64,000 bases of DNA, taken from an uncultured Chloroflexia bacterium (GTDB lineage Bacteria > Chloroflexota > Dehalococcoidia > DSTF01 > JALHUB01). Positions 1 to 9,448 of the stretch are shown piece after piece. Within the stretch, counting starts at the first letter, position 1. Each line of letters starts with the position of its first letter. Location of the stretch: assembly GCA_963703345.1 (NCBI GenBank), contig OY969814.1, forward strand, positions 736,001 through 800,000. The letters run 5' to 3'. The position numbers and the translations under genes were made by a program. The notes under the pieces are model-generated. The model had not been told where the DNA came from and made no database searches. It was given only the letters and a program-made list of their open reading frames with translations.

Positions 1-87
1 CGACGGATGCGGCATGTCGAGCTCGTCAGTCGCGAGGACTTCCGGCAGGCCTTCGCCGAAAGCATGGTCTTCCCTGCACCCGCCTAG
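1..87 (+). CDS. 3' end of ASKHA/RACo-type reductive activator of corrinoid proteins (partial)
   Basis: Frame 1 reads RRMRHVELVSREDFRQAFAESMVFPAPA*, resembling the 'vEL...dF...F...m.fP' C-terminus of DUF4445/RACo proteins; convergent with the B12 transporter operon; not in the ORF track. Confidence 0.6.
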   Translation, partial: RRMRHVELVSREDFRQAFAESMVFPAPA

Positions 88-932
88 CCCAGCTCGATCT
101 GGAAGCGGTCGCGGAAGCGCGAGAGCACGTCCAGCACCGGCCGTCCGACCGCGACGATGAGTACGACGTTCGCCAGCGCCCGCCAGACGTCCCAGCCCGC
201 CGATGTCAGCAGGTAGAACGACCAGTAGTGTCGCAGCGTCTCGCCCAGCCCCAGACCCGGCTGCCACGAGATGCTTTCGCCCGAGGCCATGAACGGCCAG
301 AACCACAGGTTCATCGCCGCGCCGAAGAGAAATCCCCAGCCGACCCCAAACGTGCACAGGCAGCCCAGCTCCAGCAAGCGGTGTCGGCCCAGCGTGCCGC
401 GGAACGCCCCCAGCCAGCCGGCCGTCATTCCCACCCAGCCGGCGCAGAACACCTGGAACGGCAGCCATGGCCCGAAGCCGCCGATAGCGAACGTCGAGAC
501 GAACATCGCGCCCGCGCCCAGCAAGAATCCGAAGCGCGCCCCGAACACGTACCCGCCCAGGATGACCGCGAAGAAGAACGCCGTCGCGCCCGCCGGCAGC
601 GTCGGGATCCGCAGCACCGCCGCCAGCATCATCAGCGTTGCCAGCGCCGACGCTGTCTTAGCGTTCATCCCCTGGCTTCCCAGCTCCAGCACGAAGAGAA
701 GGAGCGTCAGCGCCAGCGTCAGCCCGAACAGGAGCGGCGCGTCGCTGGTGTGCGGCTGCCCCATGCTCGACGATCTGGTCCCGCCGGAGAGGAACAGCGG
801 GTACAGGAAGGCGACGAGCCCTACGATGCTGGTCGCCGCCAGCGTCACGCCCGACCAGACGCCCAGCGACGGCGCAGCGCGTCCGCCCGCCCGCCCCTCG
901 ACGGCCCCTAAGAGCGCTTCAGCCCTAGCCAC
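84..932 (-). CDS. ECF transporter S component, cobalamin (CbrT-like)
   Basis: Multi-TM protein with GGFGPWLPFQ and GWD motifs; last gene of a cobalamin-riboswitch operon with ECF A and T genes. Confidence 0.85.
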   Translation of the reverse strand: MARAEALLGAVEGRAGGRAAPSLGVWSGVTLAATSIVGLVAFLYPLFLSGGTRSSSMGQPHTSDAPLLFGLTLALTLLLFVLELGSQGMNAKTASALATLMMLAAVLRIPTLPAGATAFFFAVILGGYVFGARFGFLLGAGAMFVSTFAIGGFGPWLPFQVFCAGWVGMTAGWLGAFRGTLGRHRLLELGCLCTFGVGWGFLFGAAMNLWFWPFMASGESISWQPGLGLGETLRHYWSFYLLTSAGWDVWRALANVVLIVAVGRPVLDVLSRFRDRFQIELG

Positions 933-1698
933 GTCCGCGCCCCCTGAAGAGTACGAGCGACGTCATCGCCAGCGCCGACGCCACGGCCGCGAAGAGCGCG
1001 ATCTGCCACGTGGGCCTGCTTCCGAAGCCGCCGCCGCTCGCCGGGGCAATTGTTAACGTAGCCGACGGAGAGGGACCGGCTGTCGACGTTGGCGCTGCGA
1101 CAATCCTGGGCGTTTCAACCTGAGCCGTTGAAACTCGCACCGGCGTAGCTGTTGCGCCCGGTTGCGCGACAACGCCTTCGACGTGGGAATCGGGCGTCGC
1201 CGTCGGAGGAGGCGTCGGCGTAAGCGGTGGACAGATCGCGTCGAAGCTGCTCGCCGCCGGCTGCGTGCCCGTCCCGATGCCGCCGGCGCCCCATGCCCAG
1301 CCGTCGACGTCGCCGTCGTGCACCTTGCGCAGCGACGACCCCACGGCGGAGTACCGCCAGCCGCCGTCTTCGAGCGTGTAGTACGCCCAGTAGCGGCAGC
1401 CGCCGCCGTGGCACTGGCAGAAGCAGTCGCCGGGGTTCTCGCAGCCCACGCCGTCGATGCCGCACACGGCCGCGCCCCCGCTCCCGCTCATCGTGACGAT
1501 CTGCAGTCCGGCGCGACTCAGCAGCTCCGCGCCGCTGATCTCCGCCTCCGTGAACTCGACGCAGACGCTCTCGCTGCGCCCGTCCTCGAAGCTTACGACA
1601 ACGCCCGCGCTGTTCGGCCCCTCGGCGCTCCCTCTCGACGGCGCCGCAAGAGATACGAGGATCGCGATGCAGGCGACGACGAGTCCCAATCGCCTCAT
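925..1698 (-). CDS. Surface-anchored Cys-rich protein, DUF4430/transcobalamin beta-domain-like
   Basis: Signal peptide, VCGIDGVGC, YWAYY...WRYSAVG...DGDVDGW, Pro/Thr linker, C-terminal TM with basic tail; overlaps its neighbours. Confidence 0.65.
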   Translation of the reverse strand: MRRLGLVVACIAILVSLAAPSRGSAEGPNSAGVVVSFEDGRSESVCVEFTEAEISGAELLSRAGLQIVTMSGSGGAAVCGIDGVGCENPGDCFCQCHGGGCRYWAYYTLEDGGWRYSAVGSSLRKVHDGDVDGWAWGAGGIGTGTQPAASSFDAICPPLTPTPPPTATPDSHVEGVVAQPGATATPVRVSTAQVETPRIVAAPTSTAGPSPSATLTIAPASGGGFGSRPTWQIALFAAVASALAMTSLVLFRGRGRG

Positions 1699-3284
1699 GA
1701 CTGCTTCTCCCCGAGCACGTCTTCCACCGTCAGGTAGCGCCCTCCGAACAGCTTGTTCACCTGCGTGCTGAACGTAACCGACTCCGTCAGAACGTCACGC
1801 ACGCCGCCGCTCGCCACCACCCTGCCCTCCGCCAGCAGCACCACCCGCTGCGCACAGCCCGCCACGAGCTCGACGTCGTGGCTGGCCAGCAGCACGGCGC
1901 ACCCCTCGCGGCAACGACGCCGCAGGTTCGCGATGAGCAGCTCCTTCGTCTCGTAGTCCATGCCGCGCGTCGGCTCGTCCAGCAGGATGACTTGAGGCTG
2001 GCCCGCCAGCATCGCCGCCAGCGCCGCCCGCTGCCTTTCGCCGGCGCTCAGGTCCCGCGGGTGCGCCCGTCGCAGCGACTCCAGCCGCCATTCCGTCATG
2101 GCCTCGTCCACCGTCCCCGGCCGGCCGGTCCCGCGCAGCGTGTCGGCCACCTCCGCCTCGACGCTGTCGCGGAAGAGCACCGACGCCGGGTCCTGGGGCA
2201 CGAACGCCACCGCGCGGCAGAGCTCCTCCGTGCTGCTCTTGCCGGTCTCGCGGTCAAGCACCCGCAGCGACCCCTTTCGCGGCGCCATCAACCCGACCAA
2301 CGACCGCAGCAGCGTCGTCTTGCCGGCGCCGTTCCTTCCCATGAGGGCGACGATCTCTCCCGCCTCAACTTCGAGCGACACGTCCGCCAGCGCGTCGCGA
2401 CTGCCGTAAGAGGCGCAGAGGCCTTCCACTCGCACCCTGCTTCCATCGACCGCGACGGCCGGCTCCTCCGGGAAGACGCCGTCCCGCCCTCGCTCTCCGA
2501 CGAAGCGCTTCCCTTCCCGCACCGACAGCGGCAGCGGCTGCCAGCCCAACGCTCTCCCCAGCCGAGCGACCGGCGGCGCCAGCGGCAGACGCGCCATCGC
2601 CTCCCGCACGGGATACGACGCCAGGGAGCCGTCGCCGGGCAAATAAAGCACGCGGTCGACGTACTGCACCACGCGCTCCAGCCGGTGCTCCGCAATGACC
2701 ACGGTCAGCCCCAGGTCGCTGTTGAGTCGCTGCACGGTCGTCAGCACCTCTTCCGCCGCCTGCGGGTCGAGTTGCGACGTGGGCTCGTCCAGCACCAGCG
2801 TCTTCGGCTGCATCGTCAGCACGGCGCCGATTGCCACCCGCTGCAACTCGCCGCCGGAGAGCGTGTCCAGCCGCCGCCTTCGCAGGTGGCTGATGCCGAG
2901 CACGTCCAGCGCCTCCTCCACCCGCTTGCGCATCGTCAGGCGCGGCACGCCCAGGTTCTCCATCCCGAACGCCAGCTCGTCCTCAACCACGTCGGCCACG
3001 AACTGGCTTTCCGGGTCCTGGAACACCATCCCCACGCTCCGCGCCAGGTCGCGCGGCTGCCGGCTCAACGTGTCCAGCCCGTCGACGACGACCCGTCCGG
3101 CGAATTGCCCGCCGTGGAAGTGCGGTACAAGGCCGTTCAAACAGCGCAGGAACGTCGACTTCCCGCCGCCCGACGGCCCGACAACCAGCACCGCCTCGCC
3201 GTCCGCAATCGACAGCGACAGGTCGCTCAGGATGGGCCTCGAGGCGTGCGGATAAGTGAAAGTCAGGCCGCTAATCTCAATCAT
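1695..3284 (-). CDS. ECF transporter duplicated ATPase (A component)
   Basis: Two Walker A motifs (GPSGGGKS, GRNGAGKT), LSGGE/LSAGE signatures and LDEP twice; start moved to MIEISG (3284), overlapping the T-gene stop. Confidence 0.92.
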   Translation of the reverse strand: MIEISGLTFTYPHASRPILSDLSLSIADGEAVLVVGPSGGGKSTFLRCLNGLVPHFHGGQFAGRVVVDGLDTLSRQPRDLARSVGMVFQDPESQFVADVVEDELAFGMENLGVPRLTMRKRVEEALDVLGISHLRRRRLDTLSGGELQRVAIGAVLTMQPKTLVLDEPTSQLDPQAAEEVLTTVQRLNSDLGLTVVIAEHRLERVVQYVDRVLYLPGDGSLASYPVREAMARLPLAPPVARLGRALGWQPLPLSVREGKRFVGERGRDGVFPEEPAVAVDGSRVRVEGLCASYGSRDALADVSLEVEAGEIVALMGRNGAGKTTLLRSLVGLMAPRKGSLRVLDRETGKSSTEELCRAVAFVPQDPASVLFRDSVEAEVADTLRGTGRPGTVDEAMTEWRLESLRRAHPRDLSAGERQRAALAAMLAGQPQVILLDEPTRGMDYETKELLIANLRRRCREGCAVLLASHDVELVAGCAQRVVLLAEGRVVASGGVRDVLTESVTFSTQVNKLFGGRYLTVEDVLGEKQS

Positions 3285-4407
3285 CGCCGCCCTCGCTTGC
3301 GTCTCCCGACGACGCCGTCGCGCGAAAAGCCGGCGCCAGAAGAAGGAGCACGGCAATCACGACGGCGGGGCTGAACTGCGGCAGCGACGCCGTCGGATAG
3401 GGGAAATAGTCGATGTCCGCGACGCCAAGGACCCGGAGCGCCGCCAGCATCACCACCGCCAGCAGCGCGCAGCCGGCGACCAGCGCCGAAGGCATCGGGA
3501 GCGGCTCCTGCGAATAGCGCGTCGCCTCGACCCCGCGACCGCGCGTCTTCAGCGCCAGCATCGCCGCCACAGCGCTTGCAGCTACGGCTGTGAACGCCGG
3601 CAGCGCGAAGTGTCGGTCGTAAGCGTAGGCGGACACGCCGCCGGCCAGCAGCGCGACGGACGCGGTCGCTGCGAGCCGCGTCGTCCAACCCAAAACAGCG
3701 GGCCCCGCGCCGAAGCCGCGCGCATCCAGCGATTCCGCCCTTTGGATCGACCGCTCCAGCGCTCCGGCAAGCACCGGAACGACGAACGCGCCGGCGTCCC
3801 TCACGCCCCGCAGTCGCCGCCCGCGGAGGCGCTGCGCTTGAGATACCGCCCTTGCCTGGGCGAAAGCCTGCGGCAGCAGCAGCACGGAGACCGTCACGAT
3901 GACGCCTAGCTGTCGGAGCGCGCGCGGAACCAGTCGCAGCAGGCGATAGTGGTCGACGCCGACGTTGAAGGCCGTCGCGAACAGCAGCAGCGCGATGAGT
4001 CGCAAAGCGCGGCTCGTGGCGTACAGTAGCGCTTCCAGCGTCGCGTCGCCGCCGAAAGTCACGCCGCCGAGCCAGTTAGGGAAGGTCAGCCGCGGCAGCT
4101 CGACCAGCGTCGTCGAGCCGCTGCTGCCGGTGAGCACGTTAAACGGCACGCTCAGCACCGCGAAGAAAAGCCCTATCTTCACGATGAAGCCGTAGGCGCC
4201 GCGCCGCCGTCGCGCCGGTAGCGACGCGTAGACCACCAGCCCGACGAGGCAGGCGGTCGCCAGGTAGAGCGGGTTCGCCGTCAGAAACACGCCGACGGAG
4301 GCCGCGAGCAGCCACGCCGACCACGCCTTCGCCTGAAGGGGAGGCGCTGCCGCCTTCGCCCTCGACGCCCGAACGACCCTGCTCGATGCCGCCTCGCTGC
4401 GCGCCAT
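3277..4407 (-). CDS. ECF transporter transmembrane T component
   Basis: Multi-TM protein with AQRLRG and AESLDARGF Arg motifs typical of EcfT. Confidence 0.88.
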   Translation of the reverse strand: MARSEAASSRVVRASRAKAAAPPLQAKAWSAWLLAASVGVFLTANPLYLATACLVGLVVYASLPARRRRGAYGFIVKIGLFFAVLSVPFNVLTGSSGSTTLVELPRLTFPNWLGGVTFGGDATLEALLYATSRALRLIALLLFATAFNVGVDHYRLLRLVPRALRQLGVIVTVSVLLLPQAFAQARAVSQAQRLRGRRLRGVRDAGAFVVPVLAGALERSIQRAESLDARGFGAGPAVLGWTTRLAATASVALLAGGVSAYAYDRHFALPAFTAVAASAVAAMLALKTRGRGVEATRYSQEPLPMPSALVAGCALLAVVMLAALRVLGVADIDYFPYPTASLPQFSPAVVIAVLLLLAPAFRATASSGDASEGGDD

Positions 4408-4409
4408 GC

Positions 4410-5645
4410 CTACCGCCTCCGCGAGACGCCCATAAGCGCGCCGCCGCCCAGACAGACGGCAGCGACGAGCAAGAGCGCCGTCGTCGCTGCCGGCGTTCCG
4501 GCGTCCGCCCCCTGGCCGGCGGAAACGAGCGCCCGCGGCGCGTCAAGCGGAGCCGCATCCCCTGGCGCGACCGTCGCCGACAACACAACCGAAACCGGCG
4601 TTGCCTCCGGCGACGGCATGGAAGCCACCGCTGGCACGGGCGTCAACGTCGGTTCCGGCGTCCTCGTTCTCGTCGCGACCGGCGTGCGCGTGGGGTGCGG
4701 CGTCGCCGTCGATTTCGGCGGCAGGAGGAGCGGCTGCAGCAGCAGCGCCGGGACGGCCTGATAGGTGGCGTAGGCGTTGTCATCGCCGGCGTAAGTGAAA
4801 GCGCCGGTTGTGGCGTCGCGGAAGGCGAGCAGCGCCTGCATCGGCGTCTGGCCCGCCTTCTCCCATGGCTCGCCGGCGTCGATGTCCTCGCCCGCCGCGA
4901 CGAGCGCCTGCAGGACGAACGCCGTCGAGTTCGCATCAGAATCGCCGGGCGCGACGTACGGGAAGCCGCAGTCGCCATTCTGCGACGCCTTAAAGTACGC
5001 TATGGCCGCCTGCACCGCGCCGTCGGACTTCGACACGCCGGCCGCCAGCAGCGCTTGAAGTACCATCGCCGTGCTGTTCGTATCGCAGCCGAAGCCATCG
5101 CTGAACTCCCAACAACCGCCCGCCTGCTGCTTCGAATCGAGGACCCCCACGCTGCCGGCAGCCGGCGCCAGCCGTAGGCTCTTCCGCGCCAGCAGGTACA
5201 GCGCCTGGTCGATGACCTGCACACCGTAGACGTGCGTCGCGCCGTCGTAGAACGACTCCATCTTCGCCACGTAGTCCGTCCCCGCGAAGTCGTGCGGGTC
5301 TTGAGATACCGCCTTCAGCACGATGACCAGCTTCGCCGCGTGGTCTGCCGACGCCGCGTAAGCCGCTGCCTGAGTCTCCATATAGTCGAGCGGCGAATGA
5401 CCGCCCTTCCTGACGTCGTCCGGGTCGACCCCCGCGGCCGCGAACGCCAGCATCGCGTCGAGCGTTCCGCCCGCCGACGAGTCGCTGCCGTACGAAGGGA
5501 AGCCCCCGTCCGCGTTCTGGAGCGTGCGGATGTAGTCCAGCGCCTGCTGCGCGGCGTCGTGCTGAGGCGTCGCCCCCAGCGCCGTCGTCGCGCCGGCGAA
5601 CACGCAGGCAAATGCAAGCAATAAAGCCATGATTCGGCGAGACAC
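4410..5645 (-). CDS. Secreted prenyltransferase/squalene-oxidase-repeat (alpha6-alpha6 barrel) protein with C-terminal anchor
   Basis: QNADGGF, QQAGGCW, QNGDCGF and DxNSTA repeats; GTG start after AAAGGA; signal peptide, Pro/Thr linker, TM followed by RRR. Confidence 0.8.
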   Translation of the reverse strand: MSRRIMALLLAFACVFAGATTALGATPQHDAAQQALDYIRTLQNADGGFPSYGSDSSAGGTLDAMLAFAAAGVDPDDVRKGGHSPLDYMETQAAAYAASADHAAKLVIVLKAVSQDPHDFAGTDYVAKMESFYDGATHVYGVQVIDQALYLLARKSLRLAPAAGSVGVLDSKQQAGGCWEFSDGFGCDTNSTAMVLQALLAAGVSKSDGAVQAAIAYFKASQNGDCGFPYVAPGDSDANSTAFVLQALVAAGEDIDAGEPWEKAGQTPMQALLAFRDATTGAFTYAGDDNAYATYQAVPALLLQPLLLPPKSTATPHPTRTPVATRTRTPEPTLTPVPAVASMPSPEATPVSVVLSATVAPGDAAPLDAPRALVSAGQGADAGTPAATTALLLVAAVCLGGGALMGVSRRR

Positions 5646-5789
5646 GAGAATTCCTTTCGCTATGTCCCAAGTGGCAGCCTGGCTGGAGGCTGGAGGGCAC
5701 AAAAACGCCCGGCCTGGCGACCGGGTTGCGCTACGTCGGAGCGCCCATGATATCCGTCCCCCTTTCAAGCGAAGGTACTCGGATCGAAC

Positions 5790-5900
5790 AGGGGCGGGTA
5801 TCCTGGCTCGTCGGTCAACGCCGACTTACAGTTGCGCGACAGCGCCGGACTCTCACCGGCTTCCCCCGACATGATCCGCCCGCGGCGGACCCCCCTGTCG
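5790..5900 (-). ncRNA. Cobalamin riboswitch (short form)
   Basis: Minus strand reads GGGGGAAGCCGGTGAGAGTCCGGCGCTGTCGCGCAACTGT...GAGCCAGGATACC, the canonical core and B12-box; upstream of the ECF operon; ends approximate. Confidence 0.93.
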
Positions 5901-6103
5901 GCCCCCTATGTGGTTGTTACCGCCAATGTACCAGCCGCTGCGGCCGCCCGTCAACCGCGACGCCGCGACCCCATCGACGGCCCTCTTCCGGCCGTCCGCC
6001 TCAATTCGCCGAATCTACGCCATCCGAAGTAGGGGAGTCTGTGAGCCGAAGTAGGTGATTGTCTGATTCTTCGGCGACACCCGCTCCTGGATAATGGCCG
6101 CTT

Positions 6104-6841
6104 GTGAGTGCTTCGCCGGGATCGGGAGGCGCGAAGCGGCACGGGGATAAGGTTCTCCGCGGGCAAGACGCCTCCGCCCAACCAGCACGGCCCGCTCAAC
6201 CGCCACCCATAACGAGCGGGGCCCAACAGCCGGCCGCCACAGCTAGAGCGGCGCCGGCCAGCCCCTCTTCCGGCGAAGGCCCCTTACGACCGCGACGCCT
6301 CGGCCTGCTTCTTGCCGCTTACCTGCTCAGCGCCTTCGCCCTCGTCCTCTCCCGCGACGCCCTGGCGACCGCGACGCCCCGCAGCTCCTTCGACAGCCGC
6401 GCCATGGTAGCGCGAGTCGTCGTCGGCGTCTCCCAGGCGCGCGCCGACACCGTCCGGCAGGTCCTCGCTGCCGAAGCGACGCGCCCGACACCGCCTCCGC
6501 CCGCGCCGACGCCCGCTACCGATGTCAGCCCGCCGTCCGCGAGCTCCGACGGCGCAGTGCACGGCATCGCCACCTGGTACGGCGGTTCCGATGGCTACGA
6601 CTCCGACGACACCATGGCCGACGGCTCGCCCTTCAACCCCGACGACCCGACAATCGCCGCCGCCAACGACTGGCCGCTCGGCGCCTGGCTTGCCGTCTGC
6701 CACGAAGCCCGCTGCATCCGCGTCCGCGTCAGCGACCGCGGCAGCTTCAGCCACGCCGTCGACCTCTCCCGCGGCGCCTTCGCCCAGTTGGCCCCCCTCT
6801 CCAGCGGCGTCATCGACGTCACCGTCCGGCCCCTCTCCTGA
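6104..6841 (+). CDS. RlpA-like double-psi beta-barrel (lytic transglycosylase-like) membrane protein
   Basis: GIATWY, MADGSPF, VRVSDRG and VDLSRGAF motifs; TM plus Pro/Thr linker; start uncertain. Confidence 0.75.
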   Translation: MSASPGSGGAKRHGDKVLRGQDASAQPARPAQPPPITSGAQQPAATARAAPASPSSGEGPLRPRRLGLLLAAYLLSAFALVLSRDALATATPRSSFDSRAMVARVVVGVSQARADTVRQVLAAEATRPTPPPPAPTPATDVSPPSASSDGAVHGIATWYGGSDGYDSDDTMADGSPFNPDDPTIAAANDWPLGAWLAVCHEARCIRVRVSDRGSFSHAVDLSRGAFAQLAPLSSGVIDVTVRPLS

Positions 6842-6913
6842 TTGACGCTTGAGGCTGTCGCCCCCTACACTTGAATCGAGATGCCTACCGAAGAGGAGAA
6901 GCGCGAGCCCCGC

Positions 6914-7144
6914 ATGACCGAGACCGTCCGCGAATACAGCAACGGGGAAGTGACGATTATCTGGAAGCCGGACCTCTGCATCCACGCCACCTGCTGCTTC
7001 GTCGACCTGCCTGAGGTGTTCGACCCGAACAAACGCCCCTGGGTAAACCCTCGCGGCGCGACCACCGAGGCGATCATCGCCCAGGTCGAGCGCTGTCCTT
7101 CCGCCGCCCTCTCCTACCGCTGGAACACGCCCGCCAGCGAGTAG
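6914..7144 (+). CDS. Divergent 4Fe-4S monocluster protein (Fer4_19/YjdI-like)
   Basis: CIHATCC...LPEVFD...RPWV...CPSAAL; alternative start at 6881. Confidence 0.85.
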   Translation: MTETVREYSNGEVTIIWKPDLCIHATCCFVDLPEVFDPNKRPWVNPRGATTEAIIAQVERCPSAALSYRWNTPASE

Positions 7145-7297
7145 CCGCCAGCGTTCCGACGTCTAGCGCCGACCCCTTACTTGTCCCCCGGCTCCCCTTG
7201 CGCAGCTCATCGTCATACCCTTAAATGTGCACATCAGACATAGCGAAGGGAGGACAGGAGGTGCGACATCAGCGAACAGAATGCTGAGCCAGAGGGC

Positions 7298-7810
7298 GTG
7301 AAAGGGCATCCTGCGCTTAGGGGCGTCTGGGACAACATCGACATGGCGAAGTTTTTCATGGCGAAAGCTAGAGCAGCCCGGAGAGGTGAGCATGACATAC
7401 GGTTTAGGTGGTGCCTCAACATCGCGGCGGGCGGGTTGTGGTCGGCGATGGATACCTTCATCCGCAACGTGAAGATTGAAGGGATGGCAACCTCTGCTAA
7501 CAAGTGGTTCAACCAGAAGGAGAAGCTTGTCAATCAGATCCGCCACGGAGCGGTGCACTACGCCTGGGCTCACGGAGTAGGACAGACTTTCTCTCCGCGA
7601 GGGCGAGATGGTGATGACACGAAGGTGTTTAGGGTGTTTTCTCCAGGGGTGGACGATGACGACACGACCTCTTTCTTGTGGATTGGCGAGGGGTCGCGGC
7701 AGAAGCAGATTCCGATCGATGAGGTGCTCTCGCGGCTAGACACTGCGTGCGAACTTCTGAAGGACACGATTCTCGAACAGACGACCGCAGGGTTTATCAG
7801 GTTCGCGTGA
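7298..7810 (+). CDS. Hypothetical protein, possible HEPN domain
   Basis: Lower-GC ORF carrying an RxxxxH motif (RHGAVH); start uncertain. Confidence 0.5.
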   Translation: MKGHPALRGVWDNIDMAKFFMAKARAARRGEHDIRFRWCLNIAAGGLWSAMDTFIRNVKIEGMATSANKWFNQKEKLVNQIRHGAVHYAWAHGVGQTFSPRGRDGDDTKVFRVFSPGVDDDDTTSFLWIGEGSRQKQIPIDEVLSRLDTACELLKDTILEQTTAGFIRFA

Positions 7811-7865
7811 GAGCCATATCATCATGTCGGCTGAGCGGGCCAGACGTGCGAAGCGCGGAAGTAGC

Positions 7866-9092
7866 CTACCCCTGCCGGCGCCTCCTCGCATACCACCCGC
7901 CGACGCCAAGCGCCGCGAACGCCGCACTCAGGCCAAAAGCGAGGGCCGCATACGGGCTAGCCGTCCGGCCGGACTCCTCGGCCGATCCACGGGACTCAGC
8001 AGCGATGGCGGCGGGCGGCAGCATGACCTTACCGCCAACCACCGGTGGCTGTGTGGGTGTGGGTGTGGGAGTAACGTCGTTTGGGTCCGCTATCACTGAC
8101 ACCGTGTCATCACGCGTGTTCGTCATATATATGCGGTTGGTGTTGGGATTCATGGCCACACCCGAAGGGTAATTCCCCACCGCTACGGTGGCCCGGACCG
8201 TGTTGCTGGCCCCGTCCATGACGAAGACGCTGTTGGTGCCCACGTTCGTCACGTAGATCCGGTTCGTGTCAGGGTTTATGGCTACGCCCCGGGGGTTACC
8301 CCCGACCGCCACGCTGGCGACGACCGTGTTGGTGGCGCCGTCGATCACCGAGACGCTGCCGCTTACGAGATTGGCCACGTAGATGCGGTCGGTATTGGGG
8401 TTCACGGCCGCGTCGTAGGGGTCACTCCCGACCCCTACGGTAGCGACGACCGCGTTGGTGGCGCCGTCAATGACGGAGGCGTTGCCGCTAGAATTGTTGG
8501 AGACGTAGATGCGGTTGGTGGTGGGGCTGACGCCGACGCCATTGGCCCCGTACCCGACTGCTACCGTGGCCACCACGCTATCAGTAGCGCCGTCGATGAC
8601 AGAGACGCTGCCGCCGGAGTAGTTGGCGACGTAGATGAGGTTCGTGTTGGGGTTGACGGCTATGCCCATCGGCCACTCCCCAACCGCTACGGTGGCGACG
8701 ACTGTGTTGCTGGCGGCGTCGATGACCGAAACGCTGCCGCTGCTGTCATAGTTCGTCACGTAGATGCGGTCGGTATTGGGGTTCACGGCCACGCCCCAGG
8801 GGTTACTCCCGACCGCTACGGTGGCGACGACCGTGTTGGTGGCCCCGTTGATGACGGAGACGCTATTGCCGTACCGGTTCGTCACGTAGATGCGGTTGGT
8901 GATGCGGTTGACGGCCACGCTCCAGGGCCCACTTGCCACAGATACAGTAGCAATGACGGCAGGGTTACCGTCGGCAGCGCCCGAGACGGTTGCTGGCCCT
9001 CGCAGGGCAACAACACTGGCCACTAACGGGAGGGCCAACGTTCCCGCCAGCACGATAAGGAACAGCCGCAAAGCGTTCCGAGCGCGCATCAT
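7866..9092 (-). CDS. YVTN/YncE beta-propeller surface protein with C-terminal VGG-TM-RRRR tail
   Basis: Seven NRIYVTN...VSVIDGATN repeats; signal peptide; GGAGG RBS before ATG 9092. Confidence 0.9.
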   Translation of the reverse strand: MMRARNALRLFLIVLAGTLALPLVASVVALRGPATVSGAADGNPAVIATVSVASGPWSVAVNRITNRIYVTNRYGNSVSVINGATNTVVATVAVGSNPWGVAVNPNTDRIYVTNYDSSGSVSVIDAASNTVVATVAVGEWPMGIAVNPNTNLIYVANYSGGSVSVIDGATDSVVATVAVGYGANGVGVSPTTNRIYVSNNSSGNASVIDGATNAVVATVGVGSDPYDAAVNPNTDRIYVANLVSGSVSVIDGATNTVVASVAVGGNPRGVAINPDTNRIYVTNVGTNSVFVMDGASNTVRATVAVGNYPSGVAMNPNTNRIYMTNTRDDTVSVIADPNDVTPTPTPTQPPVVGGKVMLPPAAIAAESRGSAEESGRTASPYAALAFGLSAAFAALGVGGWYARRRRQG

Positions 9093-9296
9093 GCACCTCC
9101 GGGGGGCATCAGTGCCATCGAAAAGGCGGGGATAGCGCAACAATAGGCCGTCCCCGAAGGTTTGTCAAGAAGCAATTGGGCTACCATTCGTCCTACGGCC
9201 GAAAGTGTTACATCTCCTTAGCGTTCGACTCTCTCGCTGAGAGGACGGCGGCGCGAGTGTTGGGTCCGCGTCGCGCGGCTTGGGGGACTTGCTATG

Positions 9297-9400
9297 AATT
9301 ATGCGCTATTGGTCCAACGCGTGAAGAGTCGATAAGTATGGGGTTTTCGGTGAGGGTCTGCAAGTTTGGAGGACAGCGGGGAGAGCGGGCTGTTTGGGAA
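9297..9400. repeat. Direct repeat B, copy 1 (~103 bp)
   Basis: AATTATGCGCTATT...AACGCGTGAAGAGTCGATAA...GGACAGCGGGGAGAGCGGGCTGTTTGGGAA, repeated at 10417-10519. Confidence 0.92.
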
Positions 9401-9448
9401 TAACGGGGCGCATTATACTTAGGTGGCGGTTGAGAAAGAGGTGGGAAA

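Noticed and set aside
6000-6240. c-di-AMP riboswitch upstream of the RlpA-like gene
   Set aside because: Only CGCCGAATC matches; the other conserved blocks were not found
8090-8960. ~126-bp periodic repeats
   Set aside because: Explained by the YVTN beta-propeller blades
9297-9312. TTATGCGC resembling the XerC arm of dif
   Set aside because: No XerD arm at 6-bp spacing in either copy of repeat B
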